DNA of 64,000 nt from Azolla caroliniana (GCA_043228905.1 JBHGNT010000006.1:15996001-16060000), one strand, 5' to 3'; positions 1 through 11,141 are shown, counted from the first letter of the stretch. Program-made: numbers and translations. The notes: generated by a model not told the origin, from the sequence alone.

Positions 1-205
1 GCTCGAAGGCGGTCAATTTTTGATTCTGCTAGTTGCACGACCCTTTTCGCTTTTGAGGCGATGGCGGTTTGAGCCTCAATTTCTTCCTTCAAAGCGTCGA
101 TGGCATGGTTTGGTGGTGGAGTTGCGTGTTGCACCGTAGTTGCGTTGGCTTCCAACTCCGCGATGCGTTCGTTGTGGGCTTTTTGCAGCTTGGCTTAGGT
201 CATTT

Positions 206-748
206 TCACCTTCTTCCAGACATTCTTATTTTTATGGTCATCTCCTTGGCGCCCGTGCTGACCTTTGCCAGTTCCCTATGGACTTCGACTAGGGCCGTGT
301 TTAATGGGGGTAGCTCCATCCCCACTCGGCGTACCCCGACGTTCCTCTGTTTGCCGACCCTGGCTAGCCGGTCCACATCGTCGCTCTCCGTTGTTTGTGT
401 TAGGGCGCGCTCGATCATCTGGCGCTCCGCGTGCTCCTCCGCCATTCGTTGGGAGGCCTTTATCTGTTGCGTTGCCAGGAATTCCATGAGCTCAAAAGAG
501 GTTCCGAACTATAAGAGGGTGCTGAACTCATGGGCCGTATCCGGGATATTTGGATATGCCAAAACCTCGCTTTCCGCTGTCAATACGGCTTTCCCTCGTT
601 GGGACTGGTTCGTAATGATCGGTCGTGGCTCCCCGATGATTTCGAAGGTGGTATTGGGCTCCGTAGCTGCGGAGCCATTGCCTTCGGACATTGTCTCTAC
701 CGCCGTGGGGACGTCTTTGACCAATCCCCGCCCATCTTTCCTGTCCAT
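206..748 (-). pseudogene. Remnant of third ORF (coiled-coil accessory protein) of element H
   Basis: AYPNIPDTAHEFSTLL*FGTSFELMEFLA...MELPPLNTALVEVHRE aligns with B ORF3 GYLDIPPAAHELAAILQFGTSYELVEWLA...IEMPPLHGALVEIHKE. Confidence 0.8.
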
Positions 749-749
749 T

Positions 750-1696
750 TTATGTCATTTCGGTCTGGGGTGGGGGCGTGGGTTCTGTACGCCCATAACA
801 CACTCTGTAATTTGGTATGCCAATCCGTTCAATTTTCATTCGCAATGTCTTGTTGGTGGATTCCGCTAACCCATTCGCCTGTGGATAATATGGCGTACTC
901 TTCTTATAGACTATGACGTAATGATGTGTTAGTTCCCGAGCCACCGTATTGAGAAAGTGACTCCCCTGGTCACTGATGAGCTCAATCAGACAGCTGAACC
1001 GACACCAGATGTGCTCGTAAAGGAATCTTGCTGTGACGGCCGCCGTATTTTCTCGTAGTGCCTTTGCTTCTACCAACTTGGTGCAATAATCTGTGGCTAC
1101 CAATATGTATTTATTGCCCGTAGGGGCCGCCGCCGGTGTGAAGGGGCCCACAAAATCCAATCCCCACTTTTGGAAGGGGTCTAGCGGTAATACTGGCTGG
1201 TGTGGCATTTCTTGCGCCCTCTGTGGGCTGGCCCATCAGTCGACACAAATCCCACTCTCTACAATACTCCGATGCGTCCTTCTGCATTGTCAGCCAGCAT
1301 AAGCCCGCCTGCCATATTTTCCGGGCTGTAACATCGCCTGTGTAATGGCCGCCTGCCGAGCCGCAGTGCGCCTCCCGTAAAACTGTTTCTTTCTCATCCT
1401 GACGTACCCCACGTCGCCAAATGCCGTCACTTCCTTTGTGATATAAAACTCCTTCTACGAGGTAGAAGTTACGGCTTCGCACGGCTAGTCGTTTCTTCTC
1501 GTCCGTGCGTAATTGTGGTGGAGACAGTCCCGTAGTCAAAAAGTATGTCATTTCCATAAGCCACCGGTCCGGAAAGGTCGATTCCGTTCTTTCTGCTAGT
1601 GCTGCTACCCGCAAGATGTCGGCGTCCGGAAAATCGTCGTCATCTTTCTGCACTGTTTCTCCATTCTCGAGTTTGCTCAAAAAATCTGCCACTGCG
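750..1696 (-). pseudogene. Element H integrase, frameshifted and C-terminally deleted
   Basis: Integrase motifs split over two frames; after ...WAYRT (~775) the sequence jumps into the middle of ORF3. Confidence 0.85.
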
Positions 1697-1701
1697 TGTT
1701 G

Positions 1702-2120
1702 TGTTACCGGCCGGCAAGGAGTCCAAAATACGGAGTGAAGGAATTAATTAAGTATGGTTGTAAATAAGCCTAGTATGGACGGACGGACTGGAAACGGTAT
1801 GCCGTTCCAGATCCGGACGGATCCCGAATAGGTGCGTTAGGCACCGTTTTGTACTACGGGCCGGAAACCTATTTAAAGGCCCGGACCCCATTGTAATCGC
1901 AGCGGATAATTAATAGAGCATATGGTGTTTATACTTCTGTGTTGATTTCCGTTCTGTACTTACTGTTATATCTTACGCGTGTAATTAACAAAAGCGATCT
2001 AATCGTGTAACCTACGTAAGTCGGTGTAATCGTTGAGTCATACTCCTATGCCGTAGCCACCCTTTGGTGAAGTGTCTCCGTGACACCTTGTGTTAGGCCT
2101 TGTCCGGTCAGAGAATAACA
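1702..2120 (+). repeat. A1 5' LTR
   Basis: TGTTACC...AATAACA; direct repeat of 11142-11560; TATA-like TATTTAAA at ~1870. Confidence 0.97.
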
Positions 2121-2126
2121 CAGTTT

Positions 2127-2138
2127 TGGCGACCACGA
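2127..2138 (+). promoter_or_regulatory. A1 primer-binding site (tRNA-Arg, UCG/CCG-type 3' end)
   Basis: TGGCGACCACGA 6 nt after the LTR; same motif in A2 (41464). tRNA identity from recalled plant tRNA-Arg 3' end ...GUGGUCGCCA. Confidence 0.7.
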
Positions 2139-2173
2139 TTCCTGCTTTCTCACAGCGAACGACGGCTTAATGG

Positions 2174-5100
2174 ATGACGAGACCAACGCACGACCTGGTT
2201 ACAGACCGAGCTCGACGCCTCGCCGAACGGCATAGACGGCGTGAGACTTTCCAGCAAGCAGCGCACGAAATTCGCTCGGATCGTTCGTTCTCCAACGAGA
2301 TCCGGAGAGTCGCGGAGGAATCTCTTCGGTTACAGCAAACTCGCGACCAGGACGACGGAAGCAGTCTAAGTAGTCTCCGGGAAACCGAACGCCTCCTCGA
2401 GGCGCTGGCAAGCGGAGAAAACGAGGCAGAAGCCTTTTCAGCCTACGAATCGGATTCCGAAGGGGGATACAACGTGCACACGAACTACCGGAGCAGCAAC
2501 GATACCCCCGGCGGCCCGGAGGACGACGGGTCGGATACCGTGCCGACTCCAGATCCGGAACCGCTCGACCAGGGCTATCCGGAACGGCAAACGGAAGCCG
2601 TCAACCCACCAACACCGGAAGTGGAAGAAGCAAAGCCACCGACACCAACGAAAGAGCCGGCGAAGGTACCGGAAGACGAGCCGGTGAAAGAACCGGAAAA
2701 AGAACCGGAAGAGGAATCGGAAAAAGCACCGGCAAAACAACCGGAAGTGGAACCGGAGAGAAAACCGGAAAGATATCAACAAACGCCACTAAACCGCGGC
2801 CTAATACTGGACGACGACATGCCGTTCCAATACTCAAAGTATCGCGATGATCCGGACGCGGAAGCGCATGTTCATGCCTTCGAGCAGACATGGGAAGCAA
2901 ATCACACGTCCCAACGAATGACACCGGAGGAAGAAGAACGCTCGAAGATAGCGGAATTCGGGGTCACGTTGGAAGGACCAGCGACACGATGGCGGCGGAC
3001 GCAGGACCCGGCGACCATCACAACCTTTGCAGAATTAAAAGCAAAATTCTTGCATTTTTTCCACAAGGAGGTCGACCAGACGACAATGGTGGGCCTGTTT
3101 TATACGATCCGACAGGAGGCAGGAGAAAGCATTCCCCAATTCGTCATCCGTTTCCAACGAATGCATAGCCAGCTTGCCCGTGCACCCCCGGAGGAGGAAT
3201 TACGGACGATATTTTTAAACGCACTCCGGGAACCGTTACGCACGGTGTGTACGGTAATCGACTTTCGAGGAAGCACCATTGACCAGGTCATTGACCGGGT
3301 CAGAGAAATGGAAAAGTCAAGCTCATGGCTTACACTGGGAACACTGCAACGGGCGTTACCCACCGATGAAGATCTCCGGTTCCGGCAGGCAATTCAATGC
3401 ACAATCTGCTTGAATGCCGGACACTCGGCAGTGGAGTGCACCATGCGAACTCAGTGTGTGATTTGTCAATCCAAGAGTCATACAACGGACCGGTGCGAGT
3501 ATAACCTGTTAAACCGACAAGCACCACCCGTCCGACGGATCGAGCCAAGAAGCAGCCGAGATGAAGATGACGATCGTTGGCAAAGAATGAACCGGTACCG
3601 ACCGGCACAGGATGTCCGGTATGGAGACAGACAAGAGAATGATGGCCGGTACGGGAATCGGCATGATAACTACGACCGGTATGAGCGATCGGACCGTTAT
3701 CGGGAGTCCAACAGACGACACGAGCAATACGACAGAGACCATTGCCCTGGTTACCGAAGGCACCAGGAGGACTACGGCCGATTTTACGATCCACCACGAC
3801 CGGACTACCGAAATAAAAATAAGAATAATAAGAAACGTAATTTCAAGAAAGGTGGTCACACTAGGGACCCGGAACATGGAACCCCAAGGAGCCAACTGGC
3901 ACCGAACGCACCACTCACTACGGGACCGACTCCGGATACCAGCAATGCTGAATCCAGCAATACCCGTAAAGAGTACTGCTATTACTGCAGGCAGGAAGGC
4001 CACTACAGTAACCAGTGCCCGGCAAAGAGCTACGATAAACGACCAGCAGTTAATATGGTGGTTCCGGAAGTGGCGGATATACAGCAAGTAACCACACGGT
4101 CGAAAGGCATGGCCAAAGAGTGGGAAACACAAGAGGCCATACGAAAACAGGCGACGGAATGGGTGAAGGAAGCCAATGAAAGGAACGTCGCGGACGCGGA
4201 ACGGCAAAAGGCGAATACCATAGGGAGTGCCGGCGGTAGCCACCCAGAAAACGAGACATGGCAAGCACTGCAAGAATGTCAGATCACATTGCCATTAGGA
4301 AGACTCTTGCAGCTCGTGCCGCGATTTACGGAAGGACTAAAAACGGTCATGACAGACGGTATAGCCCCACCGGCACCAGTCCTCTTCTCGAATCCGGAGG
4401 AGGGACCGACGGTGGTGGACACTAGTAGTCCGGTGATTACAGCTATTGTCAAAGGGCACGAACTTCCCGGCACAGTAATCGATGGAGGTTCCGGGGTGAA
4501 CGTAATAAGCCTCCACACGTGTGATGCCTTGGGTATACATGAATGGGAGCCATGTCCGTTCTGGCTACGGATGGCGGATACGAGCTCTGTACGGCCGACG
4601 GGCTTAATACGGAAATTGGAAGTCACCATAGGAGATCACACATTTCACATCTCGGCTGTAGTGCTGCAGCTACAAGCGCAAGGCGCGTACCCACTGTTGC
4701 TGGGCAGACCATGGTTGAAAACGGCACACATCAAGCAAAATTGGCGGAAAAATATGATTACCTTCCGGCGCGGAAAAGCCAAGGTCCGGGTACCGACACA
4801 AACACGGACGAGCAACGGTAAGGAATGCACACCGCTGTATGCGGAATGCGTGAATATGCTTGAAGGGTTGGCAAACGACGAAGAAACCCAGTACTTGGAG
4901 GAACACCCAAAGATCGTACCACTCTTCGAGATTGACGTAGCTGAAGCCGTAGCGCCATACTTGCCGCAGCGGGACGAAACCGAAGCCGACCCAGACAAAG
5001 ATTCGATTCGGGAATTACGGCAAGCACAGGAAGCGTTGGAACGGGAAATGGCCGTTTCCCAACGGGTAAAAACATCCCAGCTCGACGAAGTGAACCTAGG

Positions 5101-8056
5101 AAGCAAGGACGAATCAAAGCCGGTACACATCGCCAAAGAAATGAAGCCGAAAGATAAAGCGGCGATGATCAAACTTCTCACGGAGTTTCGCGACGTATTC
5201 GCATGGTCATACGAAGACATGAGAGGGCTGGACCCTCAATTATATCAGCATCAGATCCACTTAGGCAAGGACGCGAAACCAGTGGCGCAAAGACGTTACC
5301 GAATGAACCCCAACTACGCCGCCAAAGTGAAGGAGGAAATCGACAAACTCCTAAGAGTGGGCTTCATCCGACCGGTAAAGAAAGCGACGTGGCTGAGCCC
5401 CATCGTCGTCGTCCCAAAGAAGAACGGTAAAATCCGCGTGTGTGTAGATTACAGGAAACTAAATGCAGCCACAATTACGGATGCATTCCCTCTTCCGTTC
5501 ACGGATGGAGTACTGGATGCCGTCGCCGGCCATGAAGTTTATAGTTTTTTAGACGGGTTCAGCGGATACAATCAAATCCGGATGCACCCTGACGACCAGG
5601 AGAAGACAGCGTTCGTCACCGAATGGGGGGTGTTTGTGGCCGAAGTAATGATGTTCGGCCTAAAAACGGCACCAACAACTTTCCAGCGAATCATCATGGA
5701 GATCTTCGGCGAATACATTCCTGCCTTCATGCAGGTTTTCCTGGATGATTTTGCAGTCTATAGCCGGGGAAAAGACCATTTGCAGCACCTACGGTTATGC
5801 CTTGAAAAGTGTAGGTTATACCGGCTAAGCTTAAACCCAGCAAAATGCATCTTTGGGGTTTCAAGTGGAATCTTACTGGGACACATTGTAAGTAAGGAGG
5901 GCATTGCGGTCGACCCGGACAAAGTAAACGCGATACTAGGGGCACCGGCGCCGAAAACGGCCAAAGCACTAAGCCGATTCTTAGGACAGATCCGGTGGCA
6001 CAGCCGGATGCTCCGTCACTTGGCTGACTTGGCTACACCATTACACACCGCGGTACATCAGACACCGTTCCAATGGACGGATACGGAGGATAAGGCATAC
6101 AATGCCCTGAAGGTACTTTTGTCGCAAGCACCCGTCGTGCAGCCTCCGGATTGGAGCAAGGAATTTCATGTGTTCGTTGACGCTTCCGACATCGCTATCG
6201 GCAGCGCCTTAATGCAACTTACGGAGCCTAAATGGTACCGGCCGGTATATTACGCCAGCCAGAAGCTGTCCCAAGCGGAGAAGAACTATTCGACGACGGA
6301 ACGGGAGGCCCTGGGCATGATCTACAGTGTCACAAAGTTTCGTCATTACCTATTGGGAAGGAAGTTCTCCTTTCATGTGGATCACTCGGCGCTCCTGTAC
6401 TTAGTGTCGAAGGCGTCCCTGACCGGTAAGTTGGCCCGTTGAACCTTGCTGTTGCAGGAGTTCGAATTCGAGATCTTCCACCGGCCCGGTATCCAGCATG
6501 CCGTAGCAGACTACCTGAGCCGGTTAGAGTCCGGAGAATCAGGCGACGGAGTATCGGATGAATTCCCAGACGCAGAGTTATTCCGTATCACCCCGGAAAC
6601 GGCAGCGGACGACACGGTGGCATCAGAAGATAGGTGGCTGACAAACATGCACCAGTTCCTAAGCACGGGCCTGCCACCGGAGGAAATGAACCGGGACGAG
6701 AGGAAACGACTGGCGGTGCAGAGCCGCAATTTCTGTCTGTTGCGGGACACTCTCTACCACAAAGGAGCAGATGGAATATGGAGACGGGCAGTCCGTAGTG
6801 ACGAGAAACAAGTAATCTTACGGGAAGCACACTGTGGGGTTGCCGGAGGACACTATGCCGGGGAAGCGACGGCAAGGAAAGTATGGCAGAGCGGCTTATG
6901 GTGGCCCACGACGTTAAAAGACGCCGTCAAGTATGCTAAGGAATGTGACCTATGCCAACGAATGGGCCAGCCTACGGAGCAAGCACGGATGCCACACCAA
7001 CCGGTACTTCCACTAGAGCCATTCCAGAAGTGGGGGTTGGATTTTGTCGGACCGTTCAAGCCACCGGCAATGAGAACGGGTAATCGTTATGTCATCGTGG
7101 CAACGGATTATTGCACTAAATGGGTGGAGGCTAAGGCCTTGAGAGACAATACCGCGTCATCCACAGCAAAATTCCTGTACGAGAACATTTGGTGCCGATA
7201 TGGATGTCCGATTGAATTAATCAGCGACCAAGGAGGGCACTTCCTCGGCCAGGTAGTTGAAAGCTTAACAACGTTCTATGCCGTGGTCCATAAACGGAGC
7301 ACACCGTACTACCCACAAGCGAACGGGTTAGCAGAGTCAACCAACAAAACGCTCCAGAACATTCTCCGCAAAATCGTCAATGAAAACCGGACGGACTGGG
7401 ATACAAAGCTCCATAGCGCGCTATGGGCGTACCGAACGGCATACAAAACAAGTATCCGGACAACGCCGTTCCGGTTAGCGTTCGGCTTAGAGGTGGTCAT
7501 GCCGGTGGAATTTTAGGTACCAAGCTTACGGATCCAACTACGGGAACGGCTGAATGAAAAGGAATCGGAGGAAATGCGGCTAGCAGCACTATGCGAACTG
7601 GAGGAGCAACGGCTGGCCAGCATCCTACACATGGAACTGGAGCAACGACGACGGAAAGCGTTCGTTGACCGTCACCGGAAAGGTAATGAAAAGATGTTCG
7701 AAATCGGAAAGCCGGTGCTAGTATTCCAAACGAGGATGGGCAAGATGCCGGGTAAACTCCGGTTTAGATGGACAGGCCCGTATTGGCTGACACGGGAATA
7801 CAACGGGTCCTATCAGTTAGGGACACTTGCCGGTGAAGTGCTAGGCAAGTGGGTCAACGGATTTAGACTAAAGCCCTATAAAGGACCGATGCCAAATAAC
7901 CCGTTTATGCAGACCACCGGCACTATACCGGGAACCTATCCGGGAACGGTACGAATGGAAGAAAAAGACGACGGGGAACCTGTAGCAGAGGCGAAGGAAG
8001 ACACGGCAACCCGTAAGGAAAACAGTAAGGGTCCGAAGGGACCTACGGATGTGTAA
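2174..8056 (+). pseudogene. A1 gag-pol polyprotein in one frame with two premature stops
   Basis: Three CCHC knuckles, PR (VIDGGSG), RT (FLDGFSGYNQI...FLDD), RNase H (VDASD), INT (GLDFVGP...GPY). Stops at 6440-6442 (TGG>TGA) and 7514-7516 (CAG>TAG), both in the same frame. Confidence 0.95.
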
Positions 8057-8070
8057 GATCACATACCGTC

Positions 8071-8073
<3 letters not shown>

Positions 8074-8102
<29 letters not shown>
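8074..8102 (+). repeat. Poly(A) tract between pol and ORF3
   Basis: 29 consecutive A; A-rich tracts sit at the same position in B1 and B2. Confidence 0.95.
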
Positions 8103-8428
8103 CATTAAAAATCGAGGTATGAACGGACGTGAAAGCAAGGAGCGAAAAGGTACGTAGTGGGCATTTAAGTGCCGCCACATTACTTAATACTAAATTGGTA
8201 CACGACGTGTGCATGCTCGAAAAAGGCGCCAAGACGCACAGAGAAGAAGCAGAACGCATGGAGACCTTTTCATTTCGCGAGCCAAGAAGCACAGAAGCAC
8301 CAAGGCGGTGGAAGCTTACCAAACGCGAACTTGCACTCAGAGAACCCCCACGTTCGGAACTCTCTCTCTCTCGCTCTCACTCTCATCACCACTCTACCTC
8401 GCCATCTTTCCTCGACCTCGAAGCAGAC

Positions 8429-11089
8429 ATGGAACCACAAACGCTGTCGGAAGCGGCCAGGAAATGGCTCAGGCAACACGGACTGGATGGGTTCTTGACC
8501 ATCATGGAGGCACCACCGCACAAAGAAGCCGACCAGGTCATCAAGGAGCTCGACAAAGAAGTCATCACCGAGGAAGCGATCCGTGCGCTAACAGGCCTTC
8601 CGGAGGGAGGTATTTTTCAGATCGAGAACCCAACCTCGGAGCAACTCATCCGATATTTCGGTGAGTACTCTATAGCCGGCAAAGGCTATCGAACGCAGGG
8701 CGGCGAAGATCCGCTATTCAGGGAGATAGCTCGAGTGCTCCATGAGTACGGCCACGTGTACCCCCGACCCCCTGTCATGCCAAAAAATCGGGCAGGGATG
8801 ATCATAGCCACCTATGAAGGGTTCAAGGTGGATTGGCCGGTGTTGATTGCAGACGGTTTGTGCGCGGCAATCGACACGGTACGAGGGAAGGACGGCAAGG
8901 AGGGCCGGAAGCTGTGGCATGCCGTAGCTCAGTGGATAACATTGCTCGCGCCGCCGGTCGAGACCGTTCAGCCAAAGAAGCGGCCAAGATTATCGGAAGG
9001 AAGCACCTCGAAACCCGCGTCCAAACGACAGCAGCTGCTGGCGTCGAAGGCGACGAAAGGGAAGAAACGGCTCCCAGAACCGGAGGAGGTGTCACCGGTC
9101 CGACCCGTTAAGATAACCATACGACGACCGGGACAGAAGGAACCGGAACCCTTGACGGCACAGATACATGCCGCTACCCAGGAAGAGGAAACGGAGGAGC
9201 CAGTAGAGCACCTCCAACGACGGTCAAGAAGTAGGACCGCCGGGACAGCGGAGGAGCGTTCGGAACCGCAAAAGGAAGAAACGCCCCCAACTCAACCTGA
9301 GCAAACCACAAGGGAGGAACCGGAACCGGTGCGTATAGAACTGGGCTTGATACAAGAAGTCATTCCAACGGCTCCGGAGACGGCGAGAACCGGAACTCAA
9401 CAGCCGGCGAGCCCAGCCAGCACACACAGCGGCCAAGGAGTAGAACCAGAACGGCAGATACAGGCACTCAGGCCAGACAATTCCACAGGGAACGAGCCGA
9501 CCCGACCAGTACAACAGCAAGGCACCAGTAGCATGTGGCTACGGTGGGTAGGCGAGCAGATCGCCGGAGCGGTCGAGTACATAGAGGCGGAGGAGAGAGC
9601 GCACCACGAACGGTTGCTCGTCACAACCGTAGATCTAGAGACGGCCCGGTCCAGAATCCGGAGCCTTGAACAAGACTTGGAAAGGGTCACAAGGGAAATG
9701 GCTCAATTGGCTTTGACAACACAAGTCCAAGCACCGGTGACTCCGGGCAATGTACAGAATAAAGCGTCAGATCAACCTGTACATAGCAATCAGACCCCGG
9801 CAACGGAAACCGTTCCGGAGAGAAATGCGGCACAAGCCCAAGAGCTTGCGGACTTAAAGGATGAGCTAGCTGCCCAAGAAGCGCTGAGGAGCTGCGAAAG
9901 AGAGTTGAAGACGGCAGCGGAGGCAGAACTCAAAAAGACTGCTGAGAATCTACGCCGGGCCGAGGAGAGCTTACGGAAAGGCCACCAAGCGTACGACCGG
10001 CTCAAGGAGGAAAAGGAGAAAATGCTGCAAGAGAAGGACAGGCTCCGGAGAAACGCCGAAACAGAAGTAGAGCGCCTGAAAGAGGAACTCCGACAGCTAA
10101 AGGACCGGGAGGACTGGAACCATCGCCAGATCAACGGCAAGCTCAAACAAAAAACGGAGGAATTTGAGCACTTGCACCGGGAGTATAAACGGTTGCAAAC
10201 GGAGCACAAGGAACGGACGGATGAGCTCCGGCAAGCAGTTGATCGGACCGCAACGGCATACGCTAATGAACAAGCGGAAACCAGAAGACGGTTGGAAGAG
10301 GCGGAGAAGGTTCGGACAGAGCTCCTCAGGCAACAGCAGGCGGAAAAAGAAAGAGCGACGGAGGTACTGCAGAGGCTGCAAACAACATATCAAGGGCAGC
10401 TGACGCGCTACAGAGAGCAGGCGGAGGATACGGCTAATCTCATTAAGCAGTTGAAGGAGGAACGACAAGTTGTGGAAAGTAGAGCGCAAATGGGAGCAAG
10501 TCGTATCCAGGATATCATGCGGGCCTGGTTGAACCAGACCAAGAGCTTGATTGACAACGGTTCCGTCAAATGGTGGACCAAGTGGGCCACGAACGCGGCG
10601 GAACTCCAATTGCTCCGGGCCGACGTAGAGAACCGGCGGAAGGAGGGAGATGATTGCTATATGCTGACTTCCGAAGACTTCACCGGCATAAGAGATGAGC
10701 TGGCCGAAGACTTTCAAGCCTTGGCAGAGGACCAACTAGGGCAAGTCCAGCAACTTGTAGCTCAGCTGGACGACGACAGGCTGGAGGCGCAGATCCAGTT
10801 TGAAAGCTACGAGAGGTCCCGGATCCGGGAAGAGAAAGCACGAGAACCAGTAACGGTCAACCTCAGTGATGAGGAACCGTTACTGGAAGGAGACCGGACC
10901 GGAAGCAGTCAAACGGAGATACCGGAGTCGGAGAAACAAACGGAGCAGCCGCCTATAGAGCAGCCGGAGCAGCCTCAGTCCCAACCGCAACCACAGCAGC
11001 AGCAGCAAGCACAGCCGCAACAACCACAACCGGAAGAACAAGTGGAAACTCTGGAACAAAGTATTTTGGACAATTTGGGTGAACAATGA
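8429..11089 (+). CDS. A1 third ORF: intact accessory protein with conserved N-terminal domain, P/E-rich linker, long coiled coil and acidic/Q tail
   Basis: Frame open from 8129; ATG 8429 (MEPQTLSEAARKWL) matches B MPIPVSEELRLWL; shared motifs YFGEYS, F.E.AR.L.E.G.V.PR, MPK.R.G.IIA.YE, ELQLLRAD. Confidence 0.85.
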   Translation: MEPQTLSEAARKWLRQHGLDGFLTIMEAPPHKEADQVIKELDKEVITEEAIRALTGLPEGGIFQIENPTSEQLIRYFGEYSIAGKGYRTQGGEDPLFREIARVLHEYGHVYPRPPVMPKNRAGMIIATYEGFKVDWPVLIADGLCAAIDTVRGKDGKEGRKLWHAVAQWITLLAPPVETVQPKKRPRLSEGSTSKPASKRQQLLASKATKGKKRLPEPEEVSPVRPVKITIRRPGQKEPEPLTAQIHAATQEEETEEPVEHLQRRSRSRTAGTAEERSEPQKEETPPTQPEQTTREEPEPVRIELGLIQEVIPTAPETARTGTQQPASPASTHSGQGVEPERQIQALRPDNSTGNEPTRPVQQQGTSSMWLRWVGEQIAGAVEYIEAEERAHHERLLVTTVDLETARSRIRSLEQDLERVTREMAQLALTTQVQAPVTPGNVQNKASDQPVHSNQTPATETVPERNAAQAQELADLKDELAAQEALRSCERELKTAAEAELKKTAENLRRAEESLRKGHQAYDRLKEEKEKMLQEKDRLRRNAETEVERLKEELRQLKDREDWNHRQINGKLKQKTEEFEHLHREYKRLQTEHKERTDELRQAVDRTATAYANEQAETRRRLEEAEKVRTELLRQQQAEKERATEVLQRLQTTYQGQLTRYREQAEDTANLIKQLKEERQVVESRAQMGASRIQDIMRAWLNQTKSLIDNGSVKWWTKWATNAAELQLLRADVENRRKEGDDCYMLTSEDFTGIRDELAEDFQALAEDQLGQVQQLVAQLDDDRLEAQIQFESYERSRIREEKAREPVTVNLSDEEPLLEGDRTGSSQTEIPESEKQTEQPPIEQPEQPQSQPQPQQQQQAQPQQPQPEEQVETLEQSILDNLGEQ

Positions 11090-11100
11090 AGGGGCCGAGA

Positions 11101-11139
11101 AGGGTTCGACGTACAAGGTACTGTCCCACGGGCGTGCCA
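11101..11139 (+). other. tRNA-Arg-like 3' half ending in CCA at the position of the PPT (A1)
   Basis: AGGGTTCG-ACGTACAAGGTACT-GTCCCACGGGCGTGCCA, then TG, then the LTR; no purine tract abuts the LTR. Confidence 0.75.
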
Positions 11140-11141
11140 TG

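Larger units (their letters stand above)
1..1701 (-). mobile_element. Basal Ty3/Gypsy element H, left fragment (integrase remnant plus third-ORF remnant)
   Basis: Minus-strand ORFs 1111-1692 and 750-1208 carry integrase HHCC and core motifs (AHCGSAGGH, FQKWGLDFVGP, SDQGSHF, YYPQANGLAE). The frame continues at 11561 across the A1 insertion (HRPGMQH|AVADFLSKL). Confidence 0.9.

Noticed and set aside
69-869. 266-aa plus-strand ORF and the many other short or antisense ORFs in the track
   Set aside because: Shadow frames of retroelement genes or LTR repeats, with no recognisable motifs or independent conservation.
6440-6442. Programmed stop-codon readthrough between RNase H and integrase
   Set aside because: Homologous codon is TGG (Trp) in B1, B2 and H, so it is a point mutation.
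8074-8102. Poly(A) tail of a LINE/SINE/retrocopy insertion
   Set aside because: No TSD or element body, and A-tracts occur at the same place in B1 and B2.
8429-11089. ORF3 as an envelope gene or captured host myosin/SMC gene
   Set aside because: No signal peptide or TM segment; coiled-coil similarity is non-specific; the ORF is integral to several related elements.
11088-11104. Purine-rich GAAGGGGCCGAGAAGGG as the A1 PPT
   Set aside because: Lies ~40 nt from the LTR, is interrupted, and has no counterpart in B; it cannot define the LTR start in the canonical way. Not fully excluded.
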